Part shown: in pieces, positions 27,790 to 42,519 of the stretch
Numbering within the stretch: position 1 is the first letter of the stretch
How the letters are laid out: every line of letters begins with the position of its first letter
From: Lama glama
Lineage: Eukaryota
Assembly: GCA_028534125.1 (NCBI GenBank)
Contig: CM052827.1
Span: forward strand, 30,380,001 to 30,444,000
Direction of reading: 5' to 3'
Length of the DNA: 64,000 bases
Position numbers and translations under genes: made by a program
Notes under the pieces: generated by a model
The model's input: only the letters and a program-made list of their open reading frames with translations
Told to the model about the DNA's origin: nothing
Database searches by the model: none

Positions 27790-28722
27790 CTTTCTCCAGA
27801 CCCTTTTCCATCCTTCTCCACCCATAGCTGGGCTCTGGGAGGTTGATCTGTTAGCCTGCCTCTACCAGATACCCTTGTCCCTGGCAACCTATTACAATTA
27901 GCCAGTGGGAGGCACTGACAGGACATGAGAAAGTGATGAAGGGGAGTCAGAATATGTACTGCCCCCTCTCTGCCCCCACTGGACCATGCGTTCCTCTGTC
28001 AAAGGCCATTGCTCCTGTCAGAGGCCTCTCTGCCTCACAGAGGTGCACTGCAACTGAGTTACAGCAGCAAAACTATATTAGCTTCCAAGGGCTGCCATAA
28101 CAACATGACATAATTTGAGCTACTTAAAACAAGTATGTATTGTCTCACAGCTCCAGAGGCTGGAAGTCTGAAAGCATGGTATCAGCAGGGCCACGTTCCC
28201 ACTGAAACTTGAAGGATAGAATCCTCTCTTGGTACCCCCAGGCAGCCCACTATTCTTTGGCTTATAGACGCATCACCCCATCCTCTGCTTTCACCATCAC
28301 ACAGTGTTCTCCCTGAGTCTCTGCCTCCTGTGTCTCTTTGTCTACACACGGCCATCTTTTTATAAGGACCTCAGTCACATTGGATTGGGGGCTCCCCCTA
28401 CCTCCAATATGGCCTCATTGTAACTAACTATATCCACAAGAACCCTATTTCCATATTAGGTAACATTCTGTGGTACTGGCAGTTAGGACTTCAATACATA
28501 CTCTTCGGATGGACACAATTCAGCCAACAACACAATCCCTCCCCCTGCTCCTTCAGGCCTCCAGGTGCTAAGAGACACCTCCTGCTGCTTGCCCACGCGT
28601 GTTTCATCATCTTGTTGGTTTCCATTAATTCTGTTTGTGCCTTTGCATGCACTCCTTTCACTCAACTCTCTTGGTGATTTACCTTCAGTGTGCCTTCTGT
28701 TTCCTGCCAGGACCCTCATCAC
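27790..28722 (-). mobile_element. ERVL LTR33-like element split by an MLT1 insertion (28074-28532)
   Basis: Left part ccttctccaccc...gctctgggaggttga...gccagtgggaggcactgacagga. Right part ccccctgctccttcaggcct...tgccttctgtttcctgccaggaccct. Confidence 0.7.
28074..28532 (-). mobile_element. MaLR LTR, MLT1B/C-like
   Basis: tatattagcttccaagggctgccataacaa...gtctcacagctccagaggctggaagtctgaa...ttataaggacctcagtcacattggatt...ggacacaattcagccaacaaca. Confidence 0.88.
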
Positions 28723-30367
28723 GTTAAACTGCCATCCCCATCTTCCTCAGTCTCAGCATAGCATTTATGAAATTTGGCTGGAATTGGACGTATCCAAATT
28801 TCAGAAATTTGGGAAGAAGAAAAAGAAAAGCTAAATAAAGTATGGATTAAGAGCTAGTTAAATGTTTTAAAATAAAGGCATCATTATCTCCACCTGCAAG
28901 ACATAGAACTCAATGATTTGACCTTTAGAAGCAAAAAGGTCCATATTTGATAAACTGGTGACAACATCAGAGGTAGTTGCAGCAAAAATACTATTTTTTT
29001 TATTGAGGTATTCAATCTGTCCTTTAGATATCAGCTGTAATGCAAACTGACAGGAACTAGTAGAAAGGGTAAAGTCCAAATTTCAAAGCCATTTGTGAAT
29101 TATAAATAAAATATAACACCATATATTGAATTGTCACTCCAAATCCCTTGCTCAATGATGATAAGGAGATCTGTGCCTGCGTTAAAGTTTAATATGACCA
29201 TTATTCACCAAAAAGTCATGTTAAGTCGCTCTAGAAAGTGTGATTACTGGAATGGATGTGCTAACATGCATCTACATTTGCACCCTCTCCTTAGCACTTT
29301 TCACATCATTTTACTTCTCTTGTCTTCACCGTATACGAACACCAGTGTAAAGATTTGAGAAATGAATGACAAGTATCACTTGTAAGTGATGAAAATTATC
29401 CATTTGGGTATGACACCTCTGTTATGAACAAAATAATTTAGAATAGTGGTGATTTTAGCTACCCTGAAAGTGTGTGCATGTGTATGCATATGCGCACACA
29501 TATGTGTCTGCGTGTGTGCGTGCTTTCCTGCAGACTTATCCATCATCCTCGTGCAGAAATCTTCTGGTTTTAAGCGATAAAATACTGAAGTCTGTGAGAG
29601 TAACCTTGAGAATTTGTGCCTTGCTTTCCTTATGCATAGACCAAATTAGCTCATTACTCCAGCTTAAGGGTCCACAAATTCTCATTTTACTTTAATGCAT
29701 TTCTTAGAATAAACAATGTGAATGTATTCTGAGTGAAAATAGTTTCTATCAAAAATGTCAGATAACAACATTAGCAAATAAAGTAGTTTGTTTACTCATA
29801 GAATTTTAAGTCACATACTTGGCTGTCCTTTCATCAGTCTGCACCCAGGAAAAATGAAAACTGTGGGATTTCAGTGTCCATTTTGGTGGTTAAAGCACAA
29901 CAAAGTGTTGTAGTATTTAAAAAAAAAACAGCATAAGAGACCTGGGTTCTAGTACTAGGTCTGCCTTAAATGTTAAAATTCTAGACAATGGGAAATTTGA
30001 TTTCTCTGAGGATACCCATGTGTCTCTCTCATCTATATAATGTGAGTTTTCTAAACTATCTTGTTTCTTGTTCAGATTTGTCAATATGTGAGCCTATGAT
30101 ATATATAACTCTAGGGGGAAATTTACCATGTTAGGTGCCATGGGTTATTTCTCATATAAGAGGAATCTCTTGAAATCTGGATAAAGATGACAAAGACATT
30201 TTCCATCTGCCTCTTAGGGCGCTCTATATGTGGTCAACACAAATAAAATACTGGTTCATGTTATTCTTAATTGCCTCTGTAATTTCAAGGTACTTTCAAC
30301 TTGTTTCAATTTACTTTAAAAGAAACTGGGACAGATGGCTAGTTCTGCAAATATGTGAGAAACTTTC

Positions 30368-30953
30368 TATGGTAGACAACTCCTGAGATGGCTCCCAGTG
30401 ATTTCCATCTCCTGGTATTCATGTTCTTATGTAATCCCTTACTTCTGCATGTAGGAACAATCTAATGACCTCCTTCTGATAAACTGAATATGGTAGCAGT
30501 GATGTCACTTTCAAAACCAGGTTGTAAAAGATTTTGTCTTTCATCCGTGCTCACCCCCTCCACCTTGCTGGCTCTTCTCCTGGGCTTGCTCCGAGGAAAC
30601 AGGCTGCCATGTTGCAAGTGGCCCTATGGAGAGGACCATGAAACAAACAGCTGTAAGTAGCATCAACCAGTAACCTTCAAGGAAGAAAAGTCCTCAGTTT
30701 AAGAGCTCCTGAGGAGCTGAATCCTTCCAACCACCATGTGAATAGTCATGGAAGGAGACCCTTTCCCACCCAAGCCTTGAGATGACAGGAACCCCAGTTA
30801 ACACTTTGATTGCAAACTGGTAGGACCCTAAGGCAGTGACCCAGCTATACTGCAAGAGAACCCTTACAGAAACTGAGAATTCTAACAATATATGTATTTT
30901 TAAGTTACTAGGTTTTGGGACAATCTGTTACTGGGCAATAGATAACTAATATG
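30368..30953 (+). mobile_element. MaLR LTR, MLT1E/F-like
   Basis: tatggtagac...gatggctcccagtgatttccatctcctggtattc...gctgccatgttg...ttttaagttactaggttttggga...gcaatagataactaata. Near-identical 5-bp flanks ctttc/ctttt. Confidence 0.88.
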
Positions 30954-31164
30954 CTTTTCTTTCAGCATGAAGAGTGACTGCCAACGTACGGGTGGGACTA
31001 AGCACCTACTTTTGTGGGGAACAAGAGGTAGTAAAGTAAACCTAAGTAGTGACTGCTAAAGAGGCAGGTGGATTCTTTTCTCCTGGTCTGCTTGGATTCC
31101 TAGATAGCAAAAAAAAAAAAAAAAAACAGAAGCCTTGGAATTAGGAAAAAATAAAGGAATCAGT

Positions 31165-31640
31165 GTTGCATAGGCCCCTACCTTGCTCCCCAAAGTCATC
31201 CTGTATCAGTTGTACAGTCTGTATCTACACCTGCTTACTCATCACAGTCCAGCCATGTTTGTCTTTTTCCAGTTACGCAAACAGGCCAGGTCCTTCCGAC
31301 AAAGGGCCTTTGTCCTTGACATTCTTAGTCCTATTGCCTGGAATGTTCCTTCCACTCCACGGTATTGACACTTTCCTTTTCTCTACTTCTCAGATTAATT
31401 GTCATCTTCTAAGAGTACTATTTCAAAGTAGTTCTCTCTTTTTTCTCTATCCAAGCTACTTCTTTTTCTTGTGTAGATTAGCTACGATTGATAGTTATTT
31501 ATTCACTGGGGTATTTTTCCCCTTCTCACCAGAATGTAAACACCAGAGTGTAGGTCCTGTGTCCTTTTTATTCACCCTTTATTCCCCAGAACCATAGCTG
31601 AGTGTCTGGAACAGCCAGGGGAAGCAATAAACCCTTGTAT
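31165..31640 (+). mobile_element. L2 LINE fragment
   Basis: aagggcctttgtcct...tgcctggaatgttcttcc-like...accagaatgtaaacacca...ttcaccctttattccccagaacc...gtgtctggaaca. Confidence 0.75.
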
Positions 31641-32179
31641 GGGAGGAATGGGGAAAGGTGTAGAGGGGGATAAGCCAGTTAAGCCAGACAAGCACAGGAC
31701 TATTTCAAGATCAATGTAAATATCAAAAGCAATTAGGTAGATACATCAATATATAGCAGACATGAAAATTTTCTTTGACTGCATCTTAGAATTCATACTT
31801 CTTTAATAATTCCCTGAGCCGTTAGTTACATGTGAGAAGATGTTTTTGTATATTATTTGCTTATTTTGGATTCTCTATGAAAGTGGAATTAGAAAGTTCC
31901 AACACTGATGCTTCAACAAAAGTAGATAATTGTAGTTAAAAAGTGAGTAAGTAGATGTATGATTCGTTATACCTTAACTTGGAGACATACTTTCAGTTTT
32001 GGGCTTTTGGACTGCGCATCATTCTGCAATAGTGGGCAATACACAGCCTCAGTGGGCAACTTATCAATCAAATGAGAAGACAGATGTGTAAATAACATGA
32101 GACCCCCCTAAATCTAAAATACTTTACTATTTTATTTTAGTCTTCACTATATTATTTTATTTAATTTTATAAGTCATAC

Positions 32180-32670
32180 TGTGCTGTTATTTCAGGACTG
32201 CGGCCACCTGAAACCATCTGTCACTGAGCTTACTGTGAGAAAAAAATGTGTCGGATTGTAAAAATGTCCCAATTCTTCACCACTTCACATATGTAGTCAC
32301 TTGGGCTTGGTCATGTGACAGGATCTGGCCAATGAGATGTTAACAGGCATGACATAAACAGAGACTTCAAATGGCTTTCACTTTGGGTCTTGCTCTTATG
32401 CTTAGGACACTACCATGACCGTAAGAAGAACATCCCAAGGCTGACCTACTACTCTGAAAAAGAAAATGAGAGACGTGTGAAGCATAGCAACGAGCCAGCC
32501 CACACATGCGTGTGCAGCTCAACAGATGTGCAGAAATTTAAATGAGACTAGTAAATGTCAGCTGCCCCTTAGCTATCTCAGCTGAATCTCAAAGATGCAT
32601 GAGAAATAAATCCTTAGTGGTTCATGACCCTGGAGATTTGGAGAGGCTTGTTACCCAGCAATTCCTGAAC
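32180..32670 (+). mobile_element. MaLR LTR, MLT1G/H-like
   Basis: ggtcatgtgac...tggccaatgagatgttaacagg...aagaagaacatccc...catgagaaataaat...ttgttacccagcaa. Confidence 0.7.
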
Positions 32671-34049
32671 GTGTATTGCAAAGAGGAACGATATACTATG
32701 TTTTTTAATGCAACGCAAAAGCATAATTTCAGTTAGTAAGCAGTCAGCTTCTGACTCCATGAAATCATTCTGGAACATCAGAATTTTTATCTCTGATGTT
32801 TTATTATGTTGAAATAAAGACAAATTCCCTAAGACCTATATTTTTTAAAGCATCTATGTTTGAAAACCCATTAGGAACAAATGATCCTTCCCATCTAATT
32901 TCTTAATAGACCTAAGGTATGAAAATTTAAAGGTGGCATGGTTAAAATAAAAAGAAATAAAGAAAGTAAGTGAAAATGGTAACTTTCAAAGGGACTGAAT
33001 TTTGGACCTTAAAACTTCCTCATAAATGAATAATTTTGCTTTACTAACATGTATGTTTGCTATTATCTTATTTTATCTTTTGAATATTTATGATAGCTTA
33101 CAACTCATGAGGAAACAAATAACATATGTGCTAGTGTTCTCTTGTTTGACATACTTGACATATCTATCAGACAGCACAGATCAGCTCAGATAATGTATTT
33201 ATTCGTGCCCATATCTGTCTCTGCTATTGTGTTGTAAATTCCTTCAGGGCAAGAACTGTGTTCCCTTCATTTTACTATTTCCCAAATAGTGCCTGACTCA
33301 TAGGCAAGGCACAGTAACTGTTTAGCAAATGGAACTAAGTTAATCTATTGAAGCAAACAACTGTATGCAGAAGTGCACAAAATCACGACCTAAAAGCATG
33401 ATAGCTGAGCTACAACAAGAATATCGCTTCTCCAAAAGCAGTCACTGTCATTTCTCCTCAGAGAAGACGAACACACAGGAGAAAGCATTTCAGCATCTGA
33501 GAACACTTTGTTGATGTTAAGTTAATTTAAAACATATTTTATACTAAAACCCACACCGATATATTACCGAAGAGAAAAGCATCAGATTACCGTAGTTTTA
33601 AGATACGCTTCAAGAATTTAAAAAGTAAATAAATAGCAAGTAAGCATGGAGGGATTATTTCATTCATCCCTACCACGCATAGCATTTTCAGCGAAGAGTC
33701 TGGAGCATTCTAATACACGGTGATCATACATTCTAATTTTCTGTTTAGCTCAAAATCTCATTCCAGCACCAGGCACATTTATAGGGGTTAAAGCTTTGTT
33801 AGATGGATAAATGGATGGATGGATCAACCAACTAACACCTGTTGGTGAAAGTAAAGATGAGACTGTCTTCAGTTTAAGTAACATATTACACACACACTAC
33901 AACTAAATTATGTACTAGAGAAACTGACAGTTTGCCTAAGACAAAGAGCCACTGACTCTTTCAGTTCTCATATCTGTCTTTCTCATTGTATTAATTGTTA
34001 CCTGTCTTTAATTCCTAGTTATTTTTATCAACAAATACTACTTTTTGGT

Positions 34050-34125
34050 TATTTTTTAACTTTATGGAGGTATAAATGGCAAATAAAATTGTAAGATAAA
34101 AATGTATAACACAACGATTTGAACT
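34050..34125 (-). mobile_element. Short L1 (L1MA-type) 3' end
   Basis: ttttttaactttatggaggtataaatggcaaataaaattgtaagat...atgtataacacaacgatttga. Confidence 0.6.
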
Positions 34126-36787
34126 ATCTCTTTCTTTTTATTCACGTATCCAAACAATAAACTACACTGTGTCTATAGGAGCCAGGCACTATCCTAGGCA
34201 TTGAGGACACTGAGACAACAAGAGGCATAAAGTCATTTCATCGAAGTTACAAACATGTATTAGATGTAAGGCACGGAAATACAGAGTGCTGTAACACTCC
34301 TGCAAGTTTTCAGACATTTCCTAGAAATTTAGTTATTTTTTAAGCTCAAATTTGACAAATTATGAAGGGCTAAGGGCTAAGTATGCAAAGTGTGGAATTA
34401 AGAGAGTTCCAGATGAGAGAACAACATGTGCTAACATACTACCTGCAAGCAAAGGCTGCATAATAGAATCAGCAGAATGATTCTTTAATAGAGGGAAGGA
34501 CAGCATCATGAGAAATGAACACTAATTCACCTCCAGGAGCAGTGATAAGCATTTTAAACAAAATCTCTTGTGTAATTAATGCATAACTAACGAAAAGTGT
34601 TGTATGATTATTTCCTGTTTTTAAATGCAAAGAAACTAAGGCTTTGAAGAGTTAACTTAATCACATTCCAAAAGTTATAAAATTTGAACTCAAGTTATCT
34701 GATTCAAATGTTGCTTTTCAAAACCACTTTGCAAAATGATGATACTTTGTAAAGTGACTAAAATTTTTTAAGGGTTTACTGGGTTCTAGATACTATCCTG
34801 AACATTTAAATCCCACACAAATTATAGCAGGTAAATACAAAAATTATGATTAAAAATTTTGTTTAAAAAGCTTCATGGGATTAAGTCACTTGTTCAAGTT
34901 AATAAACTAAATGGTGAATTTTGAACCTGTGTATTCCAACTTCAAAGTCAATGTTTTTAACCACTGAGCTACAGAGAAACATTTGGATCACACCAAACCC
35001 ATTAGTAATGATAAGAGAGGTTAGCTTTATTGTCCTCAATCTACAGAGATGACATAAGTAACAATACGTGTTTGGTTTTGTTAATATTACAATAGGGTAA
35101 TATCTTCTTTAATTCCTAAGGCATTGTAAAGATTAATAGCACTGATTTTATTATATATAATATCTAAATCTTAATATGACATACAGAGCTCTTCACAATC
35201 TTACCTCAATTTATCCTGTAGCATCATTACCCACCAACCTGCCTCTCGAACCCAAGACTTTTGTCACACAGAACTTCTCAAATCATACTCTTTTCCCTGT
35301 TGCAAGCCTCTATAAAGCTGCTGAAATTAGTCAGGTTAACTAGGATTTCAAAACAGTCTGTTAATACTTGTTACTTTGCTAGTTTATCCGATTAGCACCA
35401 AGCTTTTAAACAAAACGGTACAAAATATTAATAAATGCCAATTATGTGCCAGGTTCATTTCTATGCATTCACATACATGCCTGCTCATTAAAGTTTCATA
35501 ACACTAAGAAATACATTATTTTTCCTACTATAAAGATAAAAAACTTAATGTTTAGAAAGGTAAAGGGTTTTTCCATGGTTAAACAATTAGTAAAATAGAA
35601 TGAATTGAGCCCAGGTTAGTTAGATTTCAAAGTCCATTACGTTTTATTAAATCAGATTGCCTTAGTTATTTTTAAAGCAAAGAAAATTTTCAGAACTAGT
35701 TTTAAATTAGTTTGAAACTTATCTTAAAACTTGCATACATTCATGATTGCCAAAGTATTTCCATCTTTATGTAAAAAGGATGTAATAATGCATATAAATT
35801 ATCTTGCACTCAATAGAGTTAGTTCCTCTCCCGTTTTCTTTTTCCTTGCATCTGTGATATGGTTGATGATGGATGTTTGGAAGGTCGGATGACAGATGGG
35901 GGCCAACATGTCTAGTTTCAGATTAAGGAATTAAAATTGGAGATTAAAATCAAGTGTCTCAAAGGGGAGGGGGGTAGTGGAAATTGTGGAGCCTTGTGAT
36001 GCTCTGAGTCTCATCAAGATTCAATTTTTCAAAAAAAGTCTTTCCATTTTAATTTACACCTCTTGGAGTGGATAGAAATACCACTGCACCATTCATCTAA
36101 ATGAAGAGTGGAAGATGCTTTCCGTGATAGTAATGTGATGAGTTCTTGGCTATCAATGTGGCCTCCAAGAGCCATCTGTTCCCAGAGTCAGTGAGCAGTA
36201 GGATTTATGAGCTTTCCCAACAAACTCTGTGTGTGCGGCAGGGAAGGGCAAATCCAGCTGCTGTTTATTTTCGTCAAACATCTAGATCTGTTCTTCAAAC
36301 ATTGCAAATCTGATGAAACCTCAAAAGAGTTTGTAAAATACTTTTCTTCTCTAATTGGGAAAACGATTTGAATGTTAAGAGAAACTGCAAAAGATGGTTC
36401 CTATTCATTGGTAGTTACACAAAGTCACTAATGTTGTAGATCTTATCAATGTCCCAGATTCCCAGGGTCTGCCAAAACAAACAAGTAAGAGCATGCACAA
36501 ATTCCCACACACTAACACAAACGCACAAACATATCTTTCCTCTTAATCTGTCCAAAATTATACAGAGGTTTGAACTTTGGGAAAATGTATTTTGTTCCTT
36601 TTAATAAATACATACATTTCAAAACTACTGAATGAATACCAACATGATTGCTAATAATTATCCTTAATATGTATTCAGCCTCTTTTAAAGTCTTTAAGTG
36701 CTTTCTTACACATTAATGCTGTGTGTAATAGAGCCAAAATGATGGAGTTGAAAGCTATCTAAAGATCATAGATTCTAACCCTTTCAT

Positions 36788-37295
36788 TTTTAAAAAATCA
36801 ACTGCATTAAGGTATAATTTGCATATAATAAAATGCATCCAATTTAAGTATAGTATGAGTCCTGTGAGTTTTGACAAATTTATTCACAGTATAACCATCA
36901 ACATTCTGCTTTAGGACATTTCCATCACTACAAAAGTTTCCTTTGTGCCCCTTTCCAGTCAATTCCACCCACCCCTGGTTCAAGGGACAGCTGATCTTTT
37001 TTATCACTTAGTTTGGTCTGTTCTAAAGTTTCATGTAAATAGCACCTTGCAGTATATTTTCTTTTACATTGGACATTTTGTTTGGCATAATATTTTTGAT
37101 AATCATTCATGTTCTTGACTATATTCAAAGCTCACTGCCTCTTCATTGTTGAGTAGCATGTCATTGTATGGGTATTCCACAGTTTGTTTATTCCTCAACT
37201 GTTGATGGCCTTCTGGTTTTCCCTCCAATTTTTGGCTCTTATGAATTAAGTTGCTATGAACTTTTCTGTTCAGTTCTTTATGTGGAAATAGAATA
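36788..37295 (-). mobile_element. L1 (L1MB/ME-type) 3' fragment
   Basis: attaaggtataatttgcatataataaaatgcatcc...ttttgacaaatt...acatttccatcac...ttcattgttgagtag...gctatgaac. Confidence 0.85.
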
Positions 37296-37891
37296 CTAAT
37301 CCTCTTGTAATCATCTCAGTGTAAAAGGAGACAAGGACTAAAACCTCAGTTATCCAAAGTTCAGTTTCATTTCTCCCAATTTAGTAAGGGTTTACAACCA
37401 ACCTCATCACCAAGAGATCTAAAATATCACGGAGGATGGTTCCTCTGCCTGTGACTTGGAGTAGGTCACCCAGTGCCCATGAGCCTCAGTTCTCTTAGCC
37501 CTTAAGGCTCATTTGAATCTTCGTGAGGTGACAGGCACTGCACAAGGAGTATGCTTTATGACAAAGAACAAAACACACATGGTCACTGTAGAACACAATT
37601 GAAAAGTAAGCACTGTGTGTGTGTGTGTAATTTCAAAATGTGATGAATTCAGTAAAGAACTCATACAGAATTCTATAATTTAATTTTTGTTTGGATGATT
37701 AGAGAACTCTCTGAAGTAGTGAAAATTAATCTGAAGTTCAAAGAATGTGAAGAGCCAGGAATGTGCAGAGTTGCCCTAACAGCGTTAAAAAGAGAGAACA
37801 GCATGCATTCAAGTCCTGAAACGTCAGAAGTTAGGGTACAGGAAATGAAGAGGGTTGTGGCTTGAGATAAGCCTAAGAGTCAAAGCTAAGT

Positions 37892-39150
37892 TTCTTTTTT
37901 TTTAACTTTTAAAAAAACTATGAAATCATAATGTATATATAGTAAAAATGCACAAATCTTAAGCATACAATTAGGTAAGTATTTGGAATGTATTTGGATA
38001 AGTATTTGACAACTGTATACATCCATTAATCAAACCCCAAATTAGAATATAAAAATATAGAACACTTACATCATCCCAGAAAATTCCATCATATCCATTT
38101 CTTTGCAACTGAGACTCATTCCCCTACTACTACTCCCACAAAGAAGCAACAACTCTTACAGTTTTCCTGGACATAAATTAGCCTAGATTAATTTTACCTA
38201 TTGTTAAAATACACAGAAATCATATCATATGTATACTTTTGGGTCTGGCTTCTCTTGCTCAAAGTGATGTTTTAAGATTTATCCCTGTATTAAGTTTATT
38301 CTTATTGTTGAGTAGTATTCTGATAAATGAAAATATCACAACTTTTAAAAATTAATTGATAAGAACTTGGGATTGTTCTAGTTTTGAACTAAGGCTTATA
38401 TAACATTCATATATTAGTCTTTTGGGCAAATGTATTCAATTCTAGGTCATAGTTGAAGTCAGGATGCTAGGCATAGTATAGCAGTGTGTTTAACTTTATA
38501 AGAAACTGGTAGAGAGTTTTCCAAGTTATAGCATCTCTTTATATCTCCAGCAGAAATGCATAAGAATCCCTATTTTTTGATGAAATGGCTATTACTTTGC
38601 GTTTTAAATTTTTTAATTTTTTCTATTTTGACTTTTTAGCTATATTTCTTCTGTTTCTTGGATTTGTTTGCTTTAGTTATAGTTTCCAGTGCTTTCTCTA
38701 GGCATTGCAAAATGCACCTCTAAGTTATCGCAGTAAAATGTAAGTTAAACTATATTTTTACATGTATTAAATAAGAAACTTACAATGATACTCTTATATT
38801 TCTCCCATCCTTTATACTATTATGACTCATTTGCATTTCTTTTACATGTGTTATAAACTTTAAAATACACTGCATTTATTTTTGCATTAAATCAGTAATT
38901 GTCTTTAAAACAAAATAAGAAAAGGAAAAAAGAAATAATCTTTTCTATTTATTCACATATTTAAAATGTCCACTGTTCTTCATTCCTTCCTTCAGAAATT
39001 GAGATTCTATCTGCTGTCAATTCTCTTTCAAGTAAAGAATTTGGATTTCTTGTTGCAAAGGTCTACAAATGGCTCATCCCTGCCTGGAATTTATTCCATT
39101 AAGAGTTCTTTGCATCCACTCTTCTTAAATAGCTTTCTAGAAATGTATGG
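37892..39150 (-). mobile_element. L1 (L1ME/MC-type) fragments
   Basis: gaaatcataatgtatatatagtaaaaatgcacaaatcttaag...ttttgggtctggcttctc...tttaactttataagaaactg. A second, more 5'-like L1 segment follows from ~38580. Confidence 0.7.
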
Positions 39151-40429
39151 TTTTTCATTTATCTTTTTTCCTCCATTGGTCAAATCAATGGAGTGTTGGT
39201 GCTTTGTGACTTTCCACAAACTAACCAAAAAACTAATGCTCCACAAGGGAGTGAGATTTTAAGGATCCTGTATGTGCTTGTGTTCAGTGAACTATGGTGT
39301 TAGCTATAGTGGGGAAAAGGAAAACTTTGATATGTAAGTTTTCAAAGTAAACAGTTTTAGTAATGGTTTGGAGCAAAGGGGTGAATAAAGAAGAAACTAA
39401 ATATTAGGGCAATATGTATACCTTGAAGGATACAGAGAGATGACGATGTTTTCCTATGTGAAAGCACTGAATGTGGTGTGATGTACTTAGAAGGTAAGTT
39501 AAATATGAATCGGCCTTAGGTGACCTTGGGGAAGACTGTACTCATGAAGCCTAATTACATGAAAATATATTGAAATAAGCTATTATCAAATAACTAAAAT
39601 AAAGGCGCATGTAGTTAAATTTTTAGTTAGATGGAATGAGAAGATATATCTAGTTTACTAGTGATATTGTACTGGGGTAACTGCAATCTGATCTAAATTA
39701 TGAAAGGGGTTGGGAACTGGGACGGTGACTGCATGGGTCATTCTGGGGATGGGGGCTAGATTTGTTTAAAAGAAGCCTATTTAGTTCTAAACGATGTGTA
39801 GCAAAACACATGTAGAAAATTAGTTAGGTGTCTATTTGACATAATATATGCTCACCAGAAGCTAGCTTGTTTGATCTCTCTTAACTATGTTTATCCTGAT
39901 CATGTACATGAGTGTGTGTGTGTGTGTGCATACAAACACAACACACAAACACATTCACAAATACACTCCCCGTCTTATGACATTTCCTTTAAGTGCACAG
40001 AGAAGATGATAATGCTATAAATGAGACTCAAGGGTTAAAACAAACAATCTATTGCTTTGAGAGAAAGGTGAAGCAGAAAGATTTTTGCTGGGCATGATAA
40101 GATTTATGTGGCCACAAAAGAGGAAGAGTCATACCCTGTTTCCATTATCACACAAAATCCTAATTTCTGGGGATATCAGGAATTTCAAAGTTTGATGACA
40201 CTAGAGAATAGTGCGTTTGTATTCCCAGGAGCTCTTCCATGGGAGAACCACCTCTCTCAAATTCCATGTTTATTTTGAGTTGCCAATTATCCCATCATAG
40301 TGTTGAGCATATGACTTAAATAAGGTCAAAAGTTTTGGCTGAGTTTTGACATAAGTACACGGTGTCAACTCTTCCTGGTGGAGGAAGTTAAAATAGGGAA
40401 CCTGGAGTTCTACTTCAACCTGGCAGTAG

Positions 40430-41660
40430 CTAGGAGGTACCCACCCCATTACCATGCCAGAGTCACTTCAGAGGAAGCCAATTAAAAGGTAAGGTTTAAA
40501 ACCAGGAACATCTCAAACTAAATTTTAAAAAATCTCATAAGGCCAACACTAAGATGAACAAAATATGATCATAAGATGAAATTGTTATCCTAAAAAAACT
40601 TCAATAAGTAATTATAAACACATTTTAAAAAAATGAAAAAATAAATAGAAAATCTCAGCAGAAAAATAGGATATTTAAGAAAATAAGTAAATATATAGAA
40701 AAGCTAAATGGGATGTATAGAACTGAAAAATAGTAAATATGATTAAAAACAATAAATGACCTTAATAGAAGAATGAAGGCGGCAGAGGAAAAGAATTGGT
40801 GAACTGGAAGATAAAACAAGTAAAATTACCAAATCTGAAGAACAAAGAGAAAACAAATTAAAAGAGCAAGAACAGAGGCTCAAGGACAAGGGAAAATGTA
40901 GGAAGAGATCCAACATTCATGTTACCAAAGATCCAGAAAGAGAGAAGAAAGAGGGTAGAGCTAAAAAAAAGTATTCAAAGAAACAGTGTCTGAAAACTTC
41001 TGAAACAGTTTTAAGGACATAAACCTAAATATTCAAGAAGTTGAGCAAACTCCAAACTGGATACACAGCAAGAACTCCACACCAAGAATTTCATAATCAA
41101 ACTTCTGAAAAATAGGGACAAGGAAAAACTTTGAAATCAGAAAGACACCTGGGCGGTGGGGAGGGGGCACTGAATTACAGCAGATTTATCATTAGAAACA
41201 ATGGAGGCCAGGAGGGAGTGGTGCACTTTTCTAGTGCTAAAATACCTGTTAATCCATTACTCTATGTCCAGCAAAATTATCCTCCTCTTGAGTTTTCTAA
41301 ACTATGTTTGATGGTTGAAACAAGAGCTAAGACTGATGTGCTTCAAAATGTATGTAAAAGAAATGTTAGATAATTCTTTTTAAGAAAACTAAACAGAGGT
41401 AAGGTTTGTAGATTTTACTTGAAGTGGTAAATTGATGACACCAGTAGACTTGAGATTATATATATTACCTTCAGCAACCACTAAAAACACTACACAAAGA
41501 GATAAACTCCTAAACAGTATAGAAAATAGAAATACATTTCTAAAAAATGTTCAAATGCCTACAGAAAGGCAGGAAAAAGAAAAAAAGGAAATTAAAAACC
41601 ACATACACACACAAGAAAACAAACAGAAATCACCACCACAACAGACAAGCAAAAAAGCAT
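40430..41660 (+). mobile_element. L1 ORF1/inter-ORF region remnant
   Basis: A-rich: gaaaatctcagcagaaaaatag...gcagaggaaaagaattggtgaactggaagata...gaacagaggctcaagga...aacctaaatattcaagaagttgagc...gaaacaatggaggccag. No intact ORF. Confidence 0.85.
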
Positions 41661-42031
41661 AAAATTTAAGTGGTCCGAATATGCTAGGAGAGAAGATTTC
41701 TGGCCTCCAGTGGAAGTGAAGCCAGCACTTCAAACCATTAGAGGGCAACAGTAAATAAAGACGTACACCATCTTCCTCTACTCTGTCTGCCTATTGATTA
41801 GTGAGCATTTGGCTTTATGTGGTCAGTCTATATGCCTTTTCCAGAAATTGCAGCATTTACCAGGAGCTACAGTATTAGCAACCACATTGCAAAATATCAT
41901 CCAAGATTATACATTTCCGAGACTAAACATTAATATCAGTGCAGAACCAGAATGTAAACCCAGGAAAACAGACCCCTTCTTAACTCCTCATATAGCCTGC
42001 CATAAGGGGTTTATTGTCTAGTTAGAAAGAC

Positions 42032-42519
42032 TGTTAAAGAAAAAACATACATATTTACGACACTTGTTGAAGATAGTAAGAAAGGCTTTATTCAAGAAGT
42101 GCCATGGCAATCGGTATAGAGTACACTGCAACATGGTATTGCAATGGGAGAGAGAGTCAGTCAATTCTGAACACACTATGGGCCAGTAGGAGCTTATAGT
42201 GAAGGAGTAGGGTGAGAGTCAATATATGGAAATTTATTAAGAGGATACATCAGGGGTAAGGGCGGATTCTGGCTAAACTGATCTAACATGATTCTTGCTG
42301 CAGGCAGGCCAAGGTGATCATACATTACCTAGGGGCTGGTGGAGTATGAGGAAACTGATCAGACATTGAGAAAGGGGGTTCTGGTTAAACTGACTTAGCA
42401 GGATTTGTGTTAAAATTGGGCAACACAGAGACAAACAGGGAAGTTCAAAAGTCAGAGCTACTTGAAAAAGATTTCAAGGATTCCTGAGTAGGGTTTGGTC
42501 AATGAGAGAATCTCTGTTA
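42032..42519 (-). mobile_element. ERV1 solo LTR, MER31/MER67-like
   Basis: The reverse complement starts taacagagattctctcattgaccaaaccctactcagg and contains cagtttagccagaatcc and cttacccctgatg. It ends ...ttctttaaca. Confidence 0.8.

Noticed and set aside
31163-31597. 144-aa ORF
   Set aside because: Lies entirely within an L2 fragment, with no coding signature.
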